From Chloroflexota bacterium (GTDB lineage Bacteria > Chloroflexota > Limnocylindria > Limnocylindrales > CSP1-4), in contig VBFZ01000038.1 of the NCBI GenBank assembly GCA_005880805.1, positions 1-37,755 on the forward strand: DNA of 37,755 nt, written 5' to 3'. The notes beneath the pieces were generated by a model. It was not told where the DNA came from. It was given only the letters and a program-made list of their open reading frames with translations, and did not search any database. This document shows, one piece after another, positions 1 to 9,553 of this stretch (positions are counted from its first letter, which is position 1; each line of letters begins with the position of its first letter). The position numbers and the translations under genes are program-made.

Positions 1-1
1 C

Positions 2-2803
2 GCCGGCCATCTGGATCGTCGAGCTGATCCGGTTGAGGCCCGGCGTGATGAACGTGACGCCCGCACTGCTGGCGATCGCGACCCGCGCGGTCGGCAGGAA
101 CTCGAAGCCGCGCAGCTGCCCGGCGTCCATCGCGGCCTGGACGGCGCCGCGCAGGGCGGTCGAGAGACCCGTGTCAATGGGAACGTCGGCCGCTCCGCCG
201 GCGAGTCGCGTGACGTAATCCCGCGCGTTGCCGCCCAGCAGCTTCGCGAGCTGGTTCGCCGCGGCCTGCTGGTCGACGACCTGGCCAGTGTGCGCCACGA
301 GGGCCTCGACGGTGCCTCCCGGGGCCATATCGGCAGCGCCCTTGACGGTCAGCTGGCCGAGCACGGAGCCCGTCCCGGCATCGACAGAGATGACCTGGCC
401 GCCGCTCTCTGCGACCAGCTGGTCACCCGTTGAGGTCGCCGACAGGCGCTCGATCGGAGCGTCGACGCTTCCGATCGACACCGGCTCCGGCAGGGTCGAG
501 GCGGGCGTGCCGCTCCTGAGCAGGTCGAAGCTGCTGCTCGTGTCGACCTCGAGGATCGTTCCGTCCTGGGTGCCCACGAACACCCGGTGATTCGTGGTAT
601 CGACGGCGACGGCGCTCGCGCCGGGGACCGCAAACGTGGCGAGGAGGCCCCGGTCGCGCAGGTCGTAGGCACGCAGCTCGTTGCCGGTCGCCACGTAAAG
701 CCTGTCGCCGGCCCGCGCGTCGGGCAGTGTCGGATCGTCGTAGCGAGGCTCGATGGCGGCGTCCCGCACGCCGGTGCCCAGGTCGCTCTGGCCCGTCACC
801 TGGTCGTCGCCGAACCACTCGATCCCGAGGGCCATCGCGTACTTGGCGACGTGCGGGTGCGTGTACTCGTAGATCGAGTGTGGGATGCCGTAGCGCCAGT
901 CCTGCAGGAACTCGGTGCCCGTCCGTGCGTGGTACACCTCGTCGAAGTGCATCTGGAAGGGCTGGTCGAGCCGGAAAAGCCGCAGCCCGAGGGCAGCCAC
1001 AACCAGCACCACGACGATCCAGACGTCGAGCCGATCGAAGCGGCCGGTACCCTCGTCCTCGAGCGCGCCGGACCGATCCGGCCGCACGGGCCGCGCGAAC
1101 AGCCAGCGTCTCAAGCCGACGAACGGACCTGTCTCCGCGCCCGGCCAGATTCCGAAGCCCTTTGCCGGTTCGGTCAGTCCGCCGCTCGGCGGCCGGTCGC
1201 TCGCGATGGGCTCGCTCGCCGACCCGGAGCGGGCTGCCAGGGCGATGGCGGACGGCCTGGGCCCGGCGACCAGCTCTCGATCCCACGGACCGGCCTCCCT
1301 CCTGCCGACCCCAGCGGGCTCAACAGCTTCAGATCGCCACGGCTCGGCCTCGTTGGCCCCATCCGACAGCAGTTCCCGCTCGAGGGCTTCGCGCGCGGGC
1401 CGCCGAAGCTGCAGCATCCCCCAAACGAACGCTACGAAGGCGATGATCGCGATGGCCGTCACGCCGGTCGGCGACCGGAGGGCCTCGCCAAGACCCTGCA
1501 ACGAGCTGAAGGGCGGGCACGCCGAGCGGCCGTCGACGCAGTCGCTGATCCTCGGATTGCCGGGATAGGCGACGACCAGGACCACATACATGTTCGCGAA
1601 CAGCGCGAGACACACGCCGGCGAACGCGACCAGCCAGCGCCACGAGATGACGGCCAGGACGGCGCCGAGCGGAACGAACGGGAACAGGTAGCGCTCGTGC
1701 ACCCGCGTCGGAACGACGAAGAACGCGAGCGCCAGGACCGCCAGCCCGACCAGGATCGATAGCCGATCCGGTTTCAGGCCCACCGCGATGGCGATCGCCA
1801 CGATGCAAACGATGAGGAGCGCCGCGCCTACGAAGACCGCCCAGAACGGCCCGATCAGGAAGGGCGTGCTGCAGCGGGGCGTGATCGCGTCGCAGATCCA
1901 CGCGCCGTTGGCCGCCAGCCCGTTTCGCCCCTGCTCCACGAGGGCCCATGGGTTGAAAGCGTTGACCGTCAGGTACGTGTAGCCGCCGGCCGTCTCCGCG
2001 ACCTGGTGCAGCAGGTCGAAGACCGATAGGCCGAACGGCGCCGACACGACGACCGCGGTGAGCACCCCGGCTGCGGCTGTCGTCAGGACACGGAGTGGGT
2101 GGTGATCGGTGAACGGGCTGTCCGCGGTCCGGGCGCTCGGTCCGTCTCCACCCGCGGCTTCCTGCGCCGGCCCGAACCCGAGCCGGCGGCCCAGAGTCAG
2201 CGGGTCCCAGACGTAACGGCGCAGGACGACGATCCCGACGATCGGGATCAGGATGCCCAGCTGGGGCTTCGTGATGGCCGCCAGGACTGCAAAGACCGTC
2301 GCTCGCTCAGGACGGTCGCGCCACAGCTCCCGGACGCCGAGGAGCATGAACACGACCCCGACCGAGTCGACCTGGCCCCAGATGACGCTGTCGAACCAGG
2401 TGATCGGGTTGAAGACGACCAGCGCGGTCGCCACGAGCCCGGCCCGCTGGCTGCCGCCCAGCTCCCGGACCATCGACCAGGCCAGGTAGCCGAGGGCGAG
2501 GTCGGCCAGCATCGCCGGCACCTTGATGAGGTCGAGCCCGGGCATGGCCTGCTGGACGACGCCCACGAGCCACAGGAAATAGAGGTAGCCGGGCGTGTAG
2601 TCGTGGAAGCCGGGCCGTGTGTAGAACCCGAAAGGTCCGTTCGTCGCGAGGTCGTACGCCCAGCCCCGGAACGACGCGAGGTCGTTGGTGAAGCCGGAAC
2701 CGGGGAACAGGTAGGCGATGAACAGGCGGAGGACGAACCCGAGCCCGAGCACGATGACGATCGTGCTGGCGGCCTCCCGCGTCCTGGTCGTCCGGGTCGG
2801 CAC
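2..2803 (-). CDS. Large membrane glycosyltransferase, partial (3' end beyond window): N-terminal GT-C (GT87/PIG-M-like) module, then a PMT-type (protein O-mannosyltransferase-like) module, then an extracytoplasmic beta-rich insert
   Basis: Not in the ORF track because there is no stop inside the window. Manual translation from GTG at 2803 gives an open frame to the window edge. It contains many TM segments, DYTPGYLYFLW, KPQ, NAFNPW and PTRVHERYLFP (1688-1699 = HERY), then LRLFRLDQPFQMHFDEVYHART (FDE at 938-946) and EYTHPHVAK, which are PMT loop-1 motifs. The start codon is uncertain. Confidence 0.85.
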   Translation of the reverse strand, partial: MPTRTTRTREAASTIVIVLGLGFVLRLFIAYLFPGSGFTNDLASFRGWAYDLATNGPFGFYTRPGFHDYTPGYLYFLWLVGVVQQAMPGLDLIKVPAMLADLALGYLAWSMVRELGGSQRAGLVATALVVFNPITWFDSVIWGQVDSVGVVFMLLGVRELWRDRPERATVFAVLAAITKPQLGILIPIVGIVVLRRYVWDPLTLGRRLGFGPAQEAAGGDGPSARTADSPFTDHHPLRVLTTAAAGVLTAVVVSAPFGLSVFDLLHQVAETAGGYTYLTVNAFNPWALVEQGRNGLAANGAWICDAITPRCSTPFLIGPFWAVFVGAALLIVCIVAIAIAVGLKPDRLSILVGLAVLALAFFVVPTRVHERYLFPFVPLGAVLAVISWRWLVAFAGVCLALFANMYVVLVVAYPGNPRISDCVDGRSACPPFSSLQGLGEALRSPTGVTAIAIIAFVAFVWGMLQLRRPAREALERELLSDGANEAEPWRSEAVEPAGVGRREAGPWDRELVAGPRPSAIALAARSGSASEPIASDRPPSGGLTEPAKGFGIWPGAETGPFVGLRRWLFARPVRPDRSGALEDEGTGRFDRLDVWIVVVLVVAALGLRLFRLDQPFQMHFDEVYHARTGTEFLQDWRYGIPHSIYEYTHPHVAKYAMALGIEWFGDDQVTGQSDLGTGVRDAAIEPRYDDPTLPDARAGDRLYVATGNELRAYDLRDRGLLATFAVPGASAVAVDTTNHRVFVGTQDGTILEVDTSSSFDLLRSGTPASTLPEPVSIGSVDAPIERLSATSTGDQLVAESGGQVISVDAGTGSVLGQLTVKGAADMAPGGTVEALVAHTGQVVDQQAAANQLAKLLGGNARDYVTRLAGGAADVPIDTGLSTALRGAVQAAMDAGQLRGFEFLPTARVAIASSAGVTFITPGLNRISSTIQMAG

Positions 2804-2884
2804 GCTCGTGCCCCGATCGGGCTCACCCGCCGCGGGGCCTGTCAAAGAGCTGCGGCCTCCTGAACGAGCGCTGAGATGCCGCCG

Positions 2885-2890
2885 AGTATA
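2885..2890 (-). promoter_or_regulatory. Putative -10 element (TATACT) for the glycosyltransferase gene
   Basis: AGTATA on the + strand in the GC-rich divergent intergenic region. No clear -35. Confidence 0.4.
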
Positions 2891-3020
2891 CCGTCGAGCC
2901 CCCGGCGACCCGCGTCTCCCGCTCGCTCGCGCCAGCCCCGCCCACCCTCCAGCCCGGCCTCCAGCGCGTCCCGGGCGGCTACGATAGGTCGCCCACAGCG
3001 GCACAGCGGAGGGCACCCGA

Positions 3021-4043
3021 ATGACTGCCACCACCGCGATCACCCGCTTCGTTCCGACTCCCGAACAGTACGCGTGGACGTTCGGCGGCTACGAGCCGGT
3101 CAAGCGCATCCGGCCGGGCGAGCTCCTCGACCTGTTCACCGAAGACGCCTTCGCCGGCCGGATCCGCTCGAGGGACGACCTCCCGAGCAAGTCGATCGTC
3201 TATCCGTTCATCAATCCGCAGACCGGACCGTTCTACGTCGAAGGCGCACAGCCCGGGGACACCCTGGCGATCCACCTGATCGACGTCCGGCCCGCCCGCG
3301 ACTGGGCGGTCTCGACGACCGTCCCGCTGTTCGGATCGCTCACGGGCACGAAGTTCACTCCGACCCTGCAGCCGCCACTGCCCGAGAAGACGTGGGTCTA
3401 CGCGGTCGACCGCGACGCATGCGAGGTGACCTACACCGCGCTTGACTCGGACTACTCGGTCCGGCTGCCACTCGAACCGTTCCTGGGCACGATCGGCGTC
3501 GCCCCCGCCGCGTCAGAGGCGCGCAACGTGCTCGTGCCCGAGGCGTTCGGCGGCAACATGGACACCCCCGAGGCCCGCGCCGGGACCACCATCTACCTCG
3601 GCGTCAATGTCGACGGCGCGCTGTTCTCAATTGGCGACGGCCACTACACGATGGGCGAAGGCGAGGTCTGCGGCGTGGCTGTCGAGGGTGCGATGGACAC
3701 GCTCCTCACCGTCGACGTGATCAAGGGCGAGTACTGCACCTGGCCACGACTCGAAAACGACGAGTTCATCATGGTCGCCGGTTCGTACCGGCCACTCGAG
3801 GATGCCTTCCGGATCGCACACACGCAGCTCATCGGCTGGATCTCACAGGAGACCGGCCTGTCACTCTTGGACACTTACCAGCTCGTGACCCAGGCCTCGA
3901 GCTCGCCCATCGCGAACGTTTGCGACGCGAATTACACGATCGTGGCAAGGATGCCCAAGCGATTCCTGCCCGAACGGGACTGGATGCACGGCGTTCATGG
4001 CCGGTTGCGTGCAATCGCGGAAGAGGCAACGCCTCGCCCGTGA
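3021..4043 (+). CDS. Acetamidase/formamidase family protein
   Basis: NPQTGPFYVEGAQPGDTL, PFLGTIGVAP, GGNMD, FSIGDGH and GEGEVCGVAVE motifs. GGAGG SD upstream. Confidence 0.92.
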   Translation: MTATTAITRFVPTPEQYAWTFGGYEPVKRIRPGELLDLFTEDAFAGRIRSRDDLPSKSIVYPFINPQTGPFYVEGAQPGDTLAIHLIDVRPARDWAVSTTVPLFGSLTGTKFTPTLQPPLPEKTWVYAVDRDACEVTYTALDSDYSVRLPLEPFLGTIGVAPAASEARNVLVPEAFGGNMDTPEARAGTTIYLGVNVDGALFSIGDGHYTMGEGEVCGVAVEGAMDTLLTVDVIKGEYCTWPRLENDEFIMVAGSYRPLEDAFRIAHTQLIGWISQETGLSLLDTYQLVTQASSSPIANVCDANYTIVARMPKRFLPERDWMHGVHGRLRAIAEEATPRP

Positions 4044-4086
4044 AGGCGGGGCCCTCCCGGGCCACCCCTCGCGCGCAGGCCGGGAG

Positions 4087-4117
4087 TTGACGATGACCGT
4101 GTAATCGATTATCACAA
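4087..4117 (+). promoter_or_regulatory. Putative promoter (-35 TTGACG) with overlapping LacI/CcpA-type operator TGTAATCGATTATCA
   Basis: TTGACG at 4087-4092. Perfect palindrome TAATCGATTA at 4102-4111 within a TG..AANCGNTT..CA LacI-like pattern, upstream of the sugar ABC operon. Confidence 0.55.
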
Positions 4118-4345
4118 GCGCGGACAACGGTCCGACTGTGTTCTCGCTCGGGCGTTCGGCTGCCGAGAGATTAGGCGGCGCGTACGCCGCTCGACGATTG
4201 CAGGTGAGCCGACCGACCACACTCCTTTGCCGGAGGGAGTGGCCTCCGAACCTCCGCAGCTGGCGGCTCCTTCGCCATTTTTCGAGCGGTTGACGCGGCG
4301 ACTGGTCCTCCGTCCCCGGGTGTACGGGCGGAAAAGGAGGAGTGA

Positions 4346-5779
4346 ATGAGTCGGTCTCAAGGCCGATCTCTGTGGGTTCTCGCCGTGACGGTGGTATTCG
4401 CCGTCGGAGCCTGTGCTGGGGGAGCGAGCCCGGGCGCAAGTACTGCGGCTAGCGCAGGGGCGAGCACGGCGGCGAGCGCGTCGGCGGCAGCGAGCGGCGC
4501 CAACGCGTCAGCCGTCACCGGCGCGGCATGTGCACAGAACGCCACGGTAGTCAATTTCTGGACGAGCCACACCCCGCCAGATTCGGATGTCATCAAGGGC
4601 ATGGTTGACACCTTCAACCAGGCCAACGCCGACATCTGCGTGAAGATGACGATTGTCAAGGGCAGCGAGACCGACACGTCCAAGCTGCAGACCGCCATCC
4701 GCGGCGGCGTTGCGCCTGACGTGTACGAAGTCGACCGCTTCATCGTCGCCCAGCGCGCCCAGGAAGGCGTCGTGGAGGACATCACCGCCGAAGTCGGCAA
4801 CCTGAAGGACCAGTACCTCGACTTCGCCTGGGCCGAGACGCAGTTCGAAGGCAAAACGTACGCCCTGCCCTTCGACACCGACGCCCGGGCGCTCTGGTAC
4901 AACAAGGACCTGGTCACGGCGGCCGGCGGTGATCTCACCAAGCTCGACATGACCAAGGGTCCGCCGACGATCGCCGACGTGACGGCAATCGCCGACAAGA
5001 TCTCAAAGAAGACGGGCGACAACTACGACGTGATGGGCTGGATCCCGGGTGGACCGGGAGCCGGCGGCCAGCCGGGTGCGTTCGACCAGGGCTGGCACTA
5101 CACGTGGGGCTTCGACTACGGCGGCAAGTTCGCCGATCTCGCAGCCTGCAAGGTGACCCCGACCGATCCGGGCGTCGTGGCCGGCTACCAGTTCATGTAT
5201 GACTGGCAGAAGGCTCACAACCCGACCGCCGTCAGCCGCTGGGTCAGCACAAACAATCCGCCCAACGCACCGGCCGCCTCTAACCCGTTCTGGACCGGCA
5301 AGCTGGGCATGACCATCAGCGGTGACTGGCGCATCGCGGAACAGGCCAAGTACGCGCCGAACGGCCACTATGGCTTCACTTTCATCCCCGTCCCCAAGGC
5401 CGGCGACAAGGCGACGACGTGGGCCGGCGGCTGGTCGATGGCCCTGATCCCGCAGTCGAAGGCCAGGGCGCAGGCAGTCAAGTTCATCGAGTTCATGGCC
5501 GGGCCGGACGGCTCGAAGATCTACACCAAGCAATCGACCCATCTGTCGCCGCTCAAGGCGCTGCAGACCGACGACTCCCTCTACGACCCGCAGCACAAGG
5601 TCTTCCTCGGCTTGCTGCCGACCGCCCTCAGCCGGCCGCCGCTGGCGGTTGGTGCGTACTACTGGGATCAGCTGACCTCAGCCCAGGGCTCGGTCGAGCT
5701 GAACACCAAGCAGCCGCAGGCGGCTCTCCAGGAGGTCCAGGACAAGGTCCAGGCGAAGCTGGACCAGGTCAAGTGCTGA
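4346..5779 (+). CDS. Carbohydrate ABC transporter substrate-binding lipoprotein (CUT1 / family 1 SBP)
   Basis: Signal peptide with lipobox AVGAC, Ala/Ser-rich linker, APDVY, YALPFDTDARALWYNKDL, GKLGMTISGDW, GGWSMALI. Strong SD AGGAGGAG. Confidence 0.93.
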   Translation: MSRSQGRSLWVLAVTVVFAVGACAGGASPGASTAASAGASTAASASAAASGANASAVTGAACAQNATVVNFWTSHTPPDSDVIKGMVDTFNQANADICVKMTIVKGSETDTSKLQTAIRGGVAPDVYEVDRFIVAQRAQEGVVEDITAEVGNLKDQYLDFAWAETQFEGKTYALPFDTDARALWYNKDLVTAAGGDLTKLDMTKGPPTIADVTAIADKISKKTGDNYDVMGWIPGGPGAGGQPGAFDQGWHYTWGFDYGGKFADLAACKVTPTDPGVVAGYQFMYDWQKAHNPTAVSRWVSTNNPPNAPAASNPFWTGKLGMTISGDWRIAEQAKYAPNGHYGFTFIPVPKAGDKATTWAGGWSMALIPQSKARAQAVKFIEFMAGPDGSKIYTKQSTHLSPLKALQTDDSLYDPQHKVFLGLLPTALSRPPLAVGAYYWDQLTSAQGSVELNTKQPQAALQEVQDKVQAKLDQVKC

Positions 5780-5799
5780 CCGCCTAGGACCACGCAGAC

Positions 5800-5830
5800 G
5801 TCGAGGGGACCGGACATCGGTCCCCTCGAC
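5800..5830 (+). terminator. 13-bp perfect hairpin between SBP and permease genes (partial terminator or mRNA-stabilising stem)
   Basis: GTCGAGGGGACCG-GACAT-CGGTCCCCTCGAC. No strong U-tract. Confidence 0.7.
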
Positions 5831-5886
5831 AATCAATACGGAGTTATGACTTTCGGCTTTCGCGTCTCGTCGGGAGAAGGAGAGCG

Positions 5887-6843
5887 ATGACCGCAGCCGC
5901 CACGTCGGTGAAGCCTCGTAGCGTCGGACGCTTCAGGCTCGGGACCCTGGAGCGCCGGAACCTCAAATGGGGGCTGCTGTTCATCAGTCCCTGGGCCTTC
6001 GGGTTCATCGCCCTGGGGGTCTTTCCGATCCTGTACACCTTCTTCCTGAGCCTCACCCGGTATACGGGCTTCCGGAGTCCAACGCTCATCGGGTTCAACA
6101 ACTACACCACGATGTGGAACGACCCGGACTTCTGGAAGGCGGCCTACAACACCCTCTACTACACGGTACTGGCAGTGCCGATCGGCGTGGTCGTGGCGAT
6201 GCTCCTGGCGATCGCCATGAACCAGAAGGTGCGTGAAGTCGCGATCTACCGGGCGATCTTCTATCTGCCCTCGATCCTGCCGGTCTTCGCGATCTCCTTC
6301 GTCTTCGTCGTGTTGCTGAATCCCGGATATGGCCTCGTCAACCTGCTGCTGACGACCGCGGGACTGCCGTCGCCGAACTGGCTCGGCGACCCCGCATACA
6401 CCAAGCTGGCGCTGGTCATGATCGCGCAGCTGGGCGCCGGCCAATGGGCGCTGGTGTTCCTTGCCGGCCTGCGGGGCATCCCGATCGAGCTCTACGAGTC
6501 AGCCGAGATCGACGGCGCTGGCGCGTTTCGCAGGTTCCGGAGCATCACCCTGCCGCTGATGACGCCGGTGATCCTGTACGACATCATCATCGGCCTGTCG
6601 TTTGGCCTGCAGGTCTTCACATCGGCCTACATCCTGACCGGTGGCGCGACCCGCGGAGGTGCGGGCCCGGACAACTCCCTGCTGACGTACGTCTTTTACC
6701 TCTACCAGCAGGCGTTCCAGTTCGGTTCGATGGGCTACGCGGCCGCATTGTCGGTTGTCCTGTTCCTCGCGAGCGTGATCCTCGCCATGGCGGTTTTCCG
6801 CTGGGCGCGAGGCTGGGTCTTCTACGGCGGCGAGGAGGCCTGA
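5887..6843 (+). CDS. Carbohydrate ABC transporter permease
   Basis: LLFISPW..GF, NTLYYTV, YRAIFYLPSIL, EAA loop LYESAEIDGAGAFRRFRSITLPLM. Confidence 0.95.
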   Translation: MTAAATSVKPRSVGRFRLGTLERRNLKWGLLFISPWAFGFIALGVFPILYTFFLSLTRYTGFRSPTLIGFNNYTTMWNDPDFWKAAYNTLYYTVLAVPIGVVVAMLLAIAMNQKVREVAIYRAIFYLPSILPVFAISFVFVVLLNPGYGLVNLLLTTAGLPSPNWLGDPAYTKLALVMIAQLGAGQWALVFLAGLRGIPIELYESAEIDGAGAFRRFRSITLPLMTPVILYDIIIGLSFGLQVFTSAYILTGGATRGGAGPDNSLLTYVFYLYQQAFQFGSMGYAAALSVVLFLASVILAMAVFRWARGWVFYGGEEA

Positions 6844-6844
6844 G

Positions 6845-7762
6845 GTGGCAACCACGGAAGCCGCCCGCCCAATCGCGGTGGCAACCACCCCTCACCGGCG
6901 AACGAGATGGCGCCACGTCCTCACCGGGTCAGTCGTGCCCCGGGTCATCCTGATCGTCAGCTGCCTCGTCTTCCTGGCGCCGTTCTACTGGATGGTCGTG
7001 AGCGCGCTGAAGACGAACACTGAGCTGGCCCAATTCCCGCCCTCGCTGATTCCGGGCGCCTGGGCGTTCAACAACTTCCCCGACGCGATCAACTACATCC
7101 CGTTCGGGCTGTACACCTTCAACTCGCTCGTGATCACGGTCGGGGCGACGATCGGTGCGGTCCTGTCAAACACGTTGGTCGCGTACGGCTTCTCCAGGAT
7201 CCAGTGGCCCGGCCGAAATGCCCTCTTCTACCTCTGCGTTGCCACGATCTTCCTGCCGTACCCGGTGATCCTGGTGGCCCTGTTCGATATCTTCGGCAGG
7301 CTGCCGTCGTTCGGCATCCAGGGCGCAAAGTCCTGGGTGGACACGTTCCTGCCGCTGATCGTGCCGGCATTCTTCGGCAACCCCTTCTACATCTTCCTGA
7401 TGCGGCAGTTCATGCTCGGCATCCCCAAGGAGCTGTCCGACGCGGCCAAGGTCGACGGCGCAAGCGAGCTGCAGACGTTCTGGCGAGTCATCCTGCCATT
7501 GACGCGGCCCGCGGTCATCGTCGTTCTCATCCTCGCCGCGGTCGCGGCATGGAACGAGTTCCTCCTGCCGCTGCTCTACCTTCAGTCGAACGACAAGTAC
7601 CCGCTGGCGGTCGGATTGATCTTCTTCACGAGCGAGCACGACGTTTCGTACAACCTGCTGATGGCCGCGTCGACGCTCATCGTTCTGCCGGTCGTCATCA
7701 TCTTCCTGGTCGCGCAGCGCTTCTTCATCGAGGGGATCACGGTCGGCGGCGTCAAGGGCTGA
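6845..7762 (+). CDS. Carbohydrate ABC transporter permease
   Basis: FLAPFYWMVVSALK, NSLVIT, AYGFSR, IFLMRQF..IPKELSDAAKVDGAS, AWNEFLLPLL. GTG start 1 nt after the previous stop. Confidence 0.95.
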   Translation: MATTEAARPIAVATTPHRRTRWRHVLTGSVVPRVILIVSCLVFLAPFYWMVVSALKTNTELAQFPPSLIPGAWAFNNFPDAINYIPFGLYTFNSLVITVGATIGAVLSNTLVAYGFSRIQWPGRNALFYLCVATIFLPYPVILVALFDIFGRLPSFGIQGAKSWVDTFLPLIVPAFFGNPFYIFLMRQFMLGIPKELSDAAKVDGASELQTFWRVILPLTRPAVIVVLILAAVAAWNEFLLPLLYLQSNDKYPLAVGLIFFTSEHDVSYNLLMAASTLIVLPVVIIFLVAQRFFIEGITVGGVKG

Positions 7763-7770
7763 TCTCCCGC

Positions 7771-8553
7771 GTGCCCGTCGCCGATCCGGTCGTCGCCACG
7801 GTCGTCGTCGCCACCGTCGGGGGACGCGAGATCACGCTCGCGCGCCTCGAGGAGCGGATCGCCGATCTCCGCCGAGGACCACGCGGTCGGCACATGCCAC
7901 CAGACGACCGTGGTCCGAACCTGCGACGCTGGGTCGTCCAGGAGCTCGTCACCGAGGCGGTGATCGTCCACGAGGTCGAGGCGCTCGGGATCGGATCGGG
8001 TTCGGGCGAACCGTCGCGGGAGGGCGTGTCGCCGGCCGCCATCGCCCGGCTGGTCGAGCTGGTGACCGCGGAGGTCACCGTCCCGGACGAGGCGATGCGC
8101 GCCTACTACGGCCGCAACCCGGACCTCTACCAGCGGCCCGAGGCGCGCCGGATCCGTCACGTCGTTGCCCCCGACCGTGAAAGCGCGAAGGAAGCCGCCG
8201 GTCAGCTCGCGAGCGGCGCGCCGGCAGGCGTGGAGATCGAGGTCGAGCTCGGTCAGCTCGTCGGGCCCATGGAGGACATCTTGTTCGCCGCCGGGGCTGC
8301 CGCGGGCGCCGTCGTCGGACCGATGCTGGTCGACGGAGGCTGGAACGTCGCACGCATTGAAGGCACGATTCCGCCGTCCGTCGTACCGTACGACGTGGCT
8401 CGCCCATCGATCGAGGCTGAGCTGCTCATCGCAGCACGCAGGCGGGCGTTCGACGAGTGGCTGGAGCAGCGACGGCACGCTCTGGCCGTCATCGAGCCCG
8501 ACTTCGAGCATCCAGCCCACCCGATGCACGGGGTGCCAAGCCATCGGCACTGA
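7771..8553 (+). CDS. PpiC/SurA-like (parvulin-fold) protein with His-rich C-terminus, resembling M. tuberculosis Rv0649 ('FabD2') homologues
   Basis: The track ORF 7204..8553 is over-extended. A likely GTG start lies at 7771, after the permease stop. Motifs: VATVGGREIT, RRWVVQELVTE, MRAYYGRNPDLY..PEARRIRHVV, GPMLVDGGWNVARIE, ARRRAFDEWLE; ends EHPAHPMHGVPSHRH. Confidence 0.7.
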   Translation: MPVADPVVATVVVATVGGREITLARLEERIADLRRGPRGRHMPPDDRGPNLRRWVVQELVTEAVIVHEVEALGIGSGSGEPSREGVSPAAIARLVELVTAEVTVPDEAMRAYYGRNPDLYQRPEARRIRHVVAPDRESAKEAAGQLASGAPAGVEIEVELGQLVGPMEDILFAAGAAAGAVVGPMLVDGGWNVARIEGTIPPSVVPYDVARPSIEAELLIAARRRAFDEWLEQRRHALAVIEPDFEHPAHPMHGVPSHRH

Positions 8554-8619
8554 CCCACGTTGCGGCGTTCATCGGGCCGGTCGGCGAGCCGGCAAGGCAT
8601 TGACTGGAGGCGCGACTCG

Positions 8620-9549
8620 ATGAAACGAGTGGTCGTGACCGGCGGCAGCGGCAAGGCCGGCCGCGCGGTTGTTTCGGATCTCGTCGAGCACGGCTACGAC
8701 GTCGTCAACGTCGATGTCGTCCCCTCCCCGACGACCGTCGCGCCCTTCCTTCGAGCCGAGCTAACGGATCTCGGAGAGACGATCGAGGCGCTCCGCGGAG
8801 TTGAGACGGTCGTCCACCTCGCGGCAATTCCGGCGCCGCGCATCCGGACCGTCGAGCGGACGTTCGAGATCAACATGCTGAGCACGTACAACGTCTTCAG
8901 CGCCGCCGCGCTGCTCGGGCTGGAGCGCGTCGTATGGGCCTCGAGCGAGACCGTCCTGGGCCTGCCATTCAGCAGGACCTTCGCAGCGAGCCTGCTCGAC
9001 CCCGCTGCGACGCCCGGTCACCAGCCGCGCCCGGACTACGTTCCGATCGACGAGGAGCATCCCCTCCGACCGCACTCCAGCTACTCGCTTTCAAAGGTCC
9101 TCTCGGAGGAGATGGCCCGGCAGTTCGCCCGCTGGACCGGGATACCGTTCATCGGCCTGCGGTTCTCTGCGATCCGCGAGCCGGACGAGTACCGGCGCGC
9201 CGGTTTCGCCGATGCCGCCCGGAATCCCCACGCCGGCGAGTGGAACGTGTGGGGCTACGTCGACGCCCGCGATGTCGCACAGTCCTGCCGCCTGAGCCTG
9301 ACCGCCGATATCACGGGGGCGGACGTATTCATCATCGCTGCCGGCGACACGGCCAGCGAGCGTCCGAACGCGGAGCTCATGGCCGAGTGCTTCGCCGGTG
9401 TGCCGATCCGACCCGGAACGGGCGAGCACGACACGCTGCTGTCGGTCGCAAAGGCTCGCCGGGTGCTCGGGTATGCACCGGCGTACTCATGGCGCGAGCT
9501 CGCGGCCGTGGGCGCAGGGAGCAGTTCAGCCGATCGGGATGGCAGGTAG
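8620..9549 (+). CDS. NAD-dependent epimerase/dehydratase (extended SDR)
   Basis: VVVTGGSGKAG Rossmann motif, VVHLAAIP, WASSE, YSLSK (YxxxK), YVDARDVA. GGAGG SD before ATG 8620. Confidence 0.92.
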   Translation: MKRVVVTGGSGKAGRAVVSDLVEHGYDVVNVDVVPSPTTVAPFLRAELTDLGETIEALRGVETVVHLAAIPAPRIRTVERTFEINMLSTYNVFSAAALLGLERVVWASSETVLGLPFSRTFAASLLDPAATPGHQPRPDYVPIDEEHPLRPHSSYSLSKVLSEEMARQFARWTGIPFIGLRFSAIREPDEYRRAGFADAARNPHAGEWNVWGYVDARDVAQSCRLSLTADITGADVFIIAAGDTASERPNAELMAECFAGVPIRPGTGEHDTLLSVAKARRVLGYAPAYSWRELAAVGAGSSSADRDGR

Positions 9550-9553
9550 TCGA

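Noticed and set aside
587-1762. 391-aa + strand ORF and other long ORFs opposite real genes (e.g. 21044..22585, 22586..23935, 34587..36089, 7582..8550)
   Set aside because: These are antisense or alternate-frame shadows, expected at about 70% GC. They are Arg/Pro/Gly-rich, have no motifs, and fully overlap well-supported genes.
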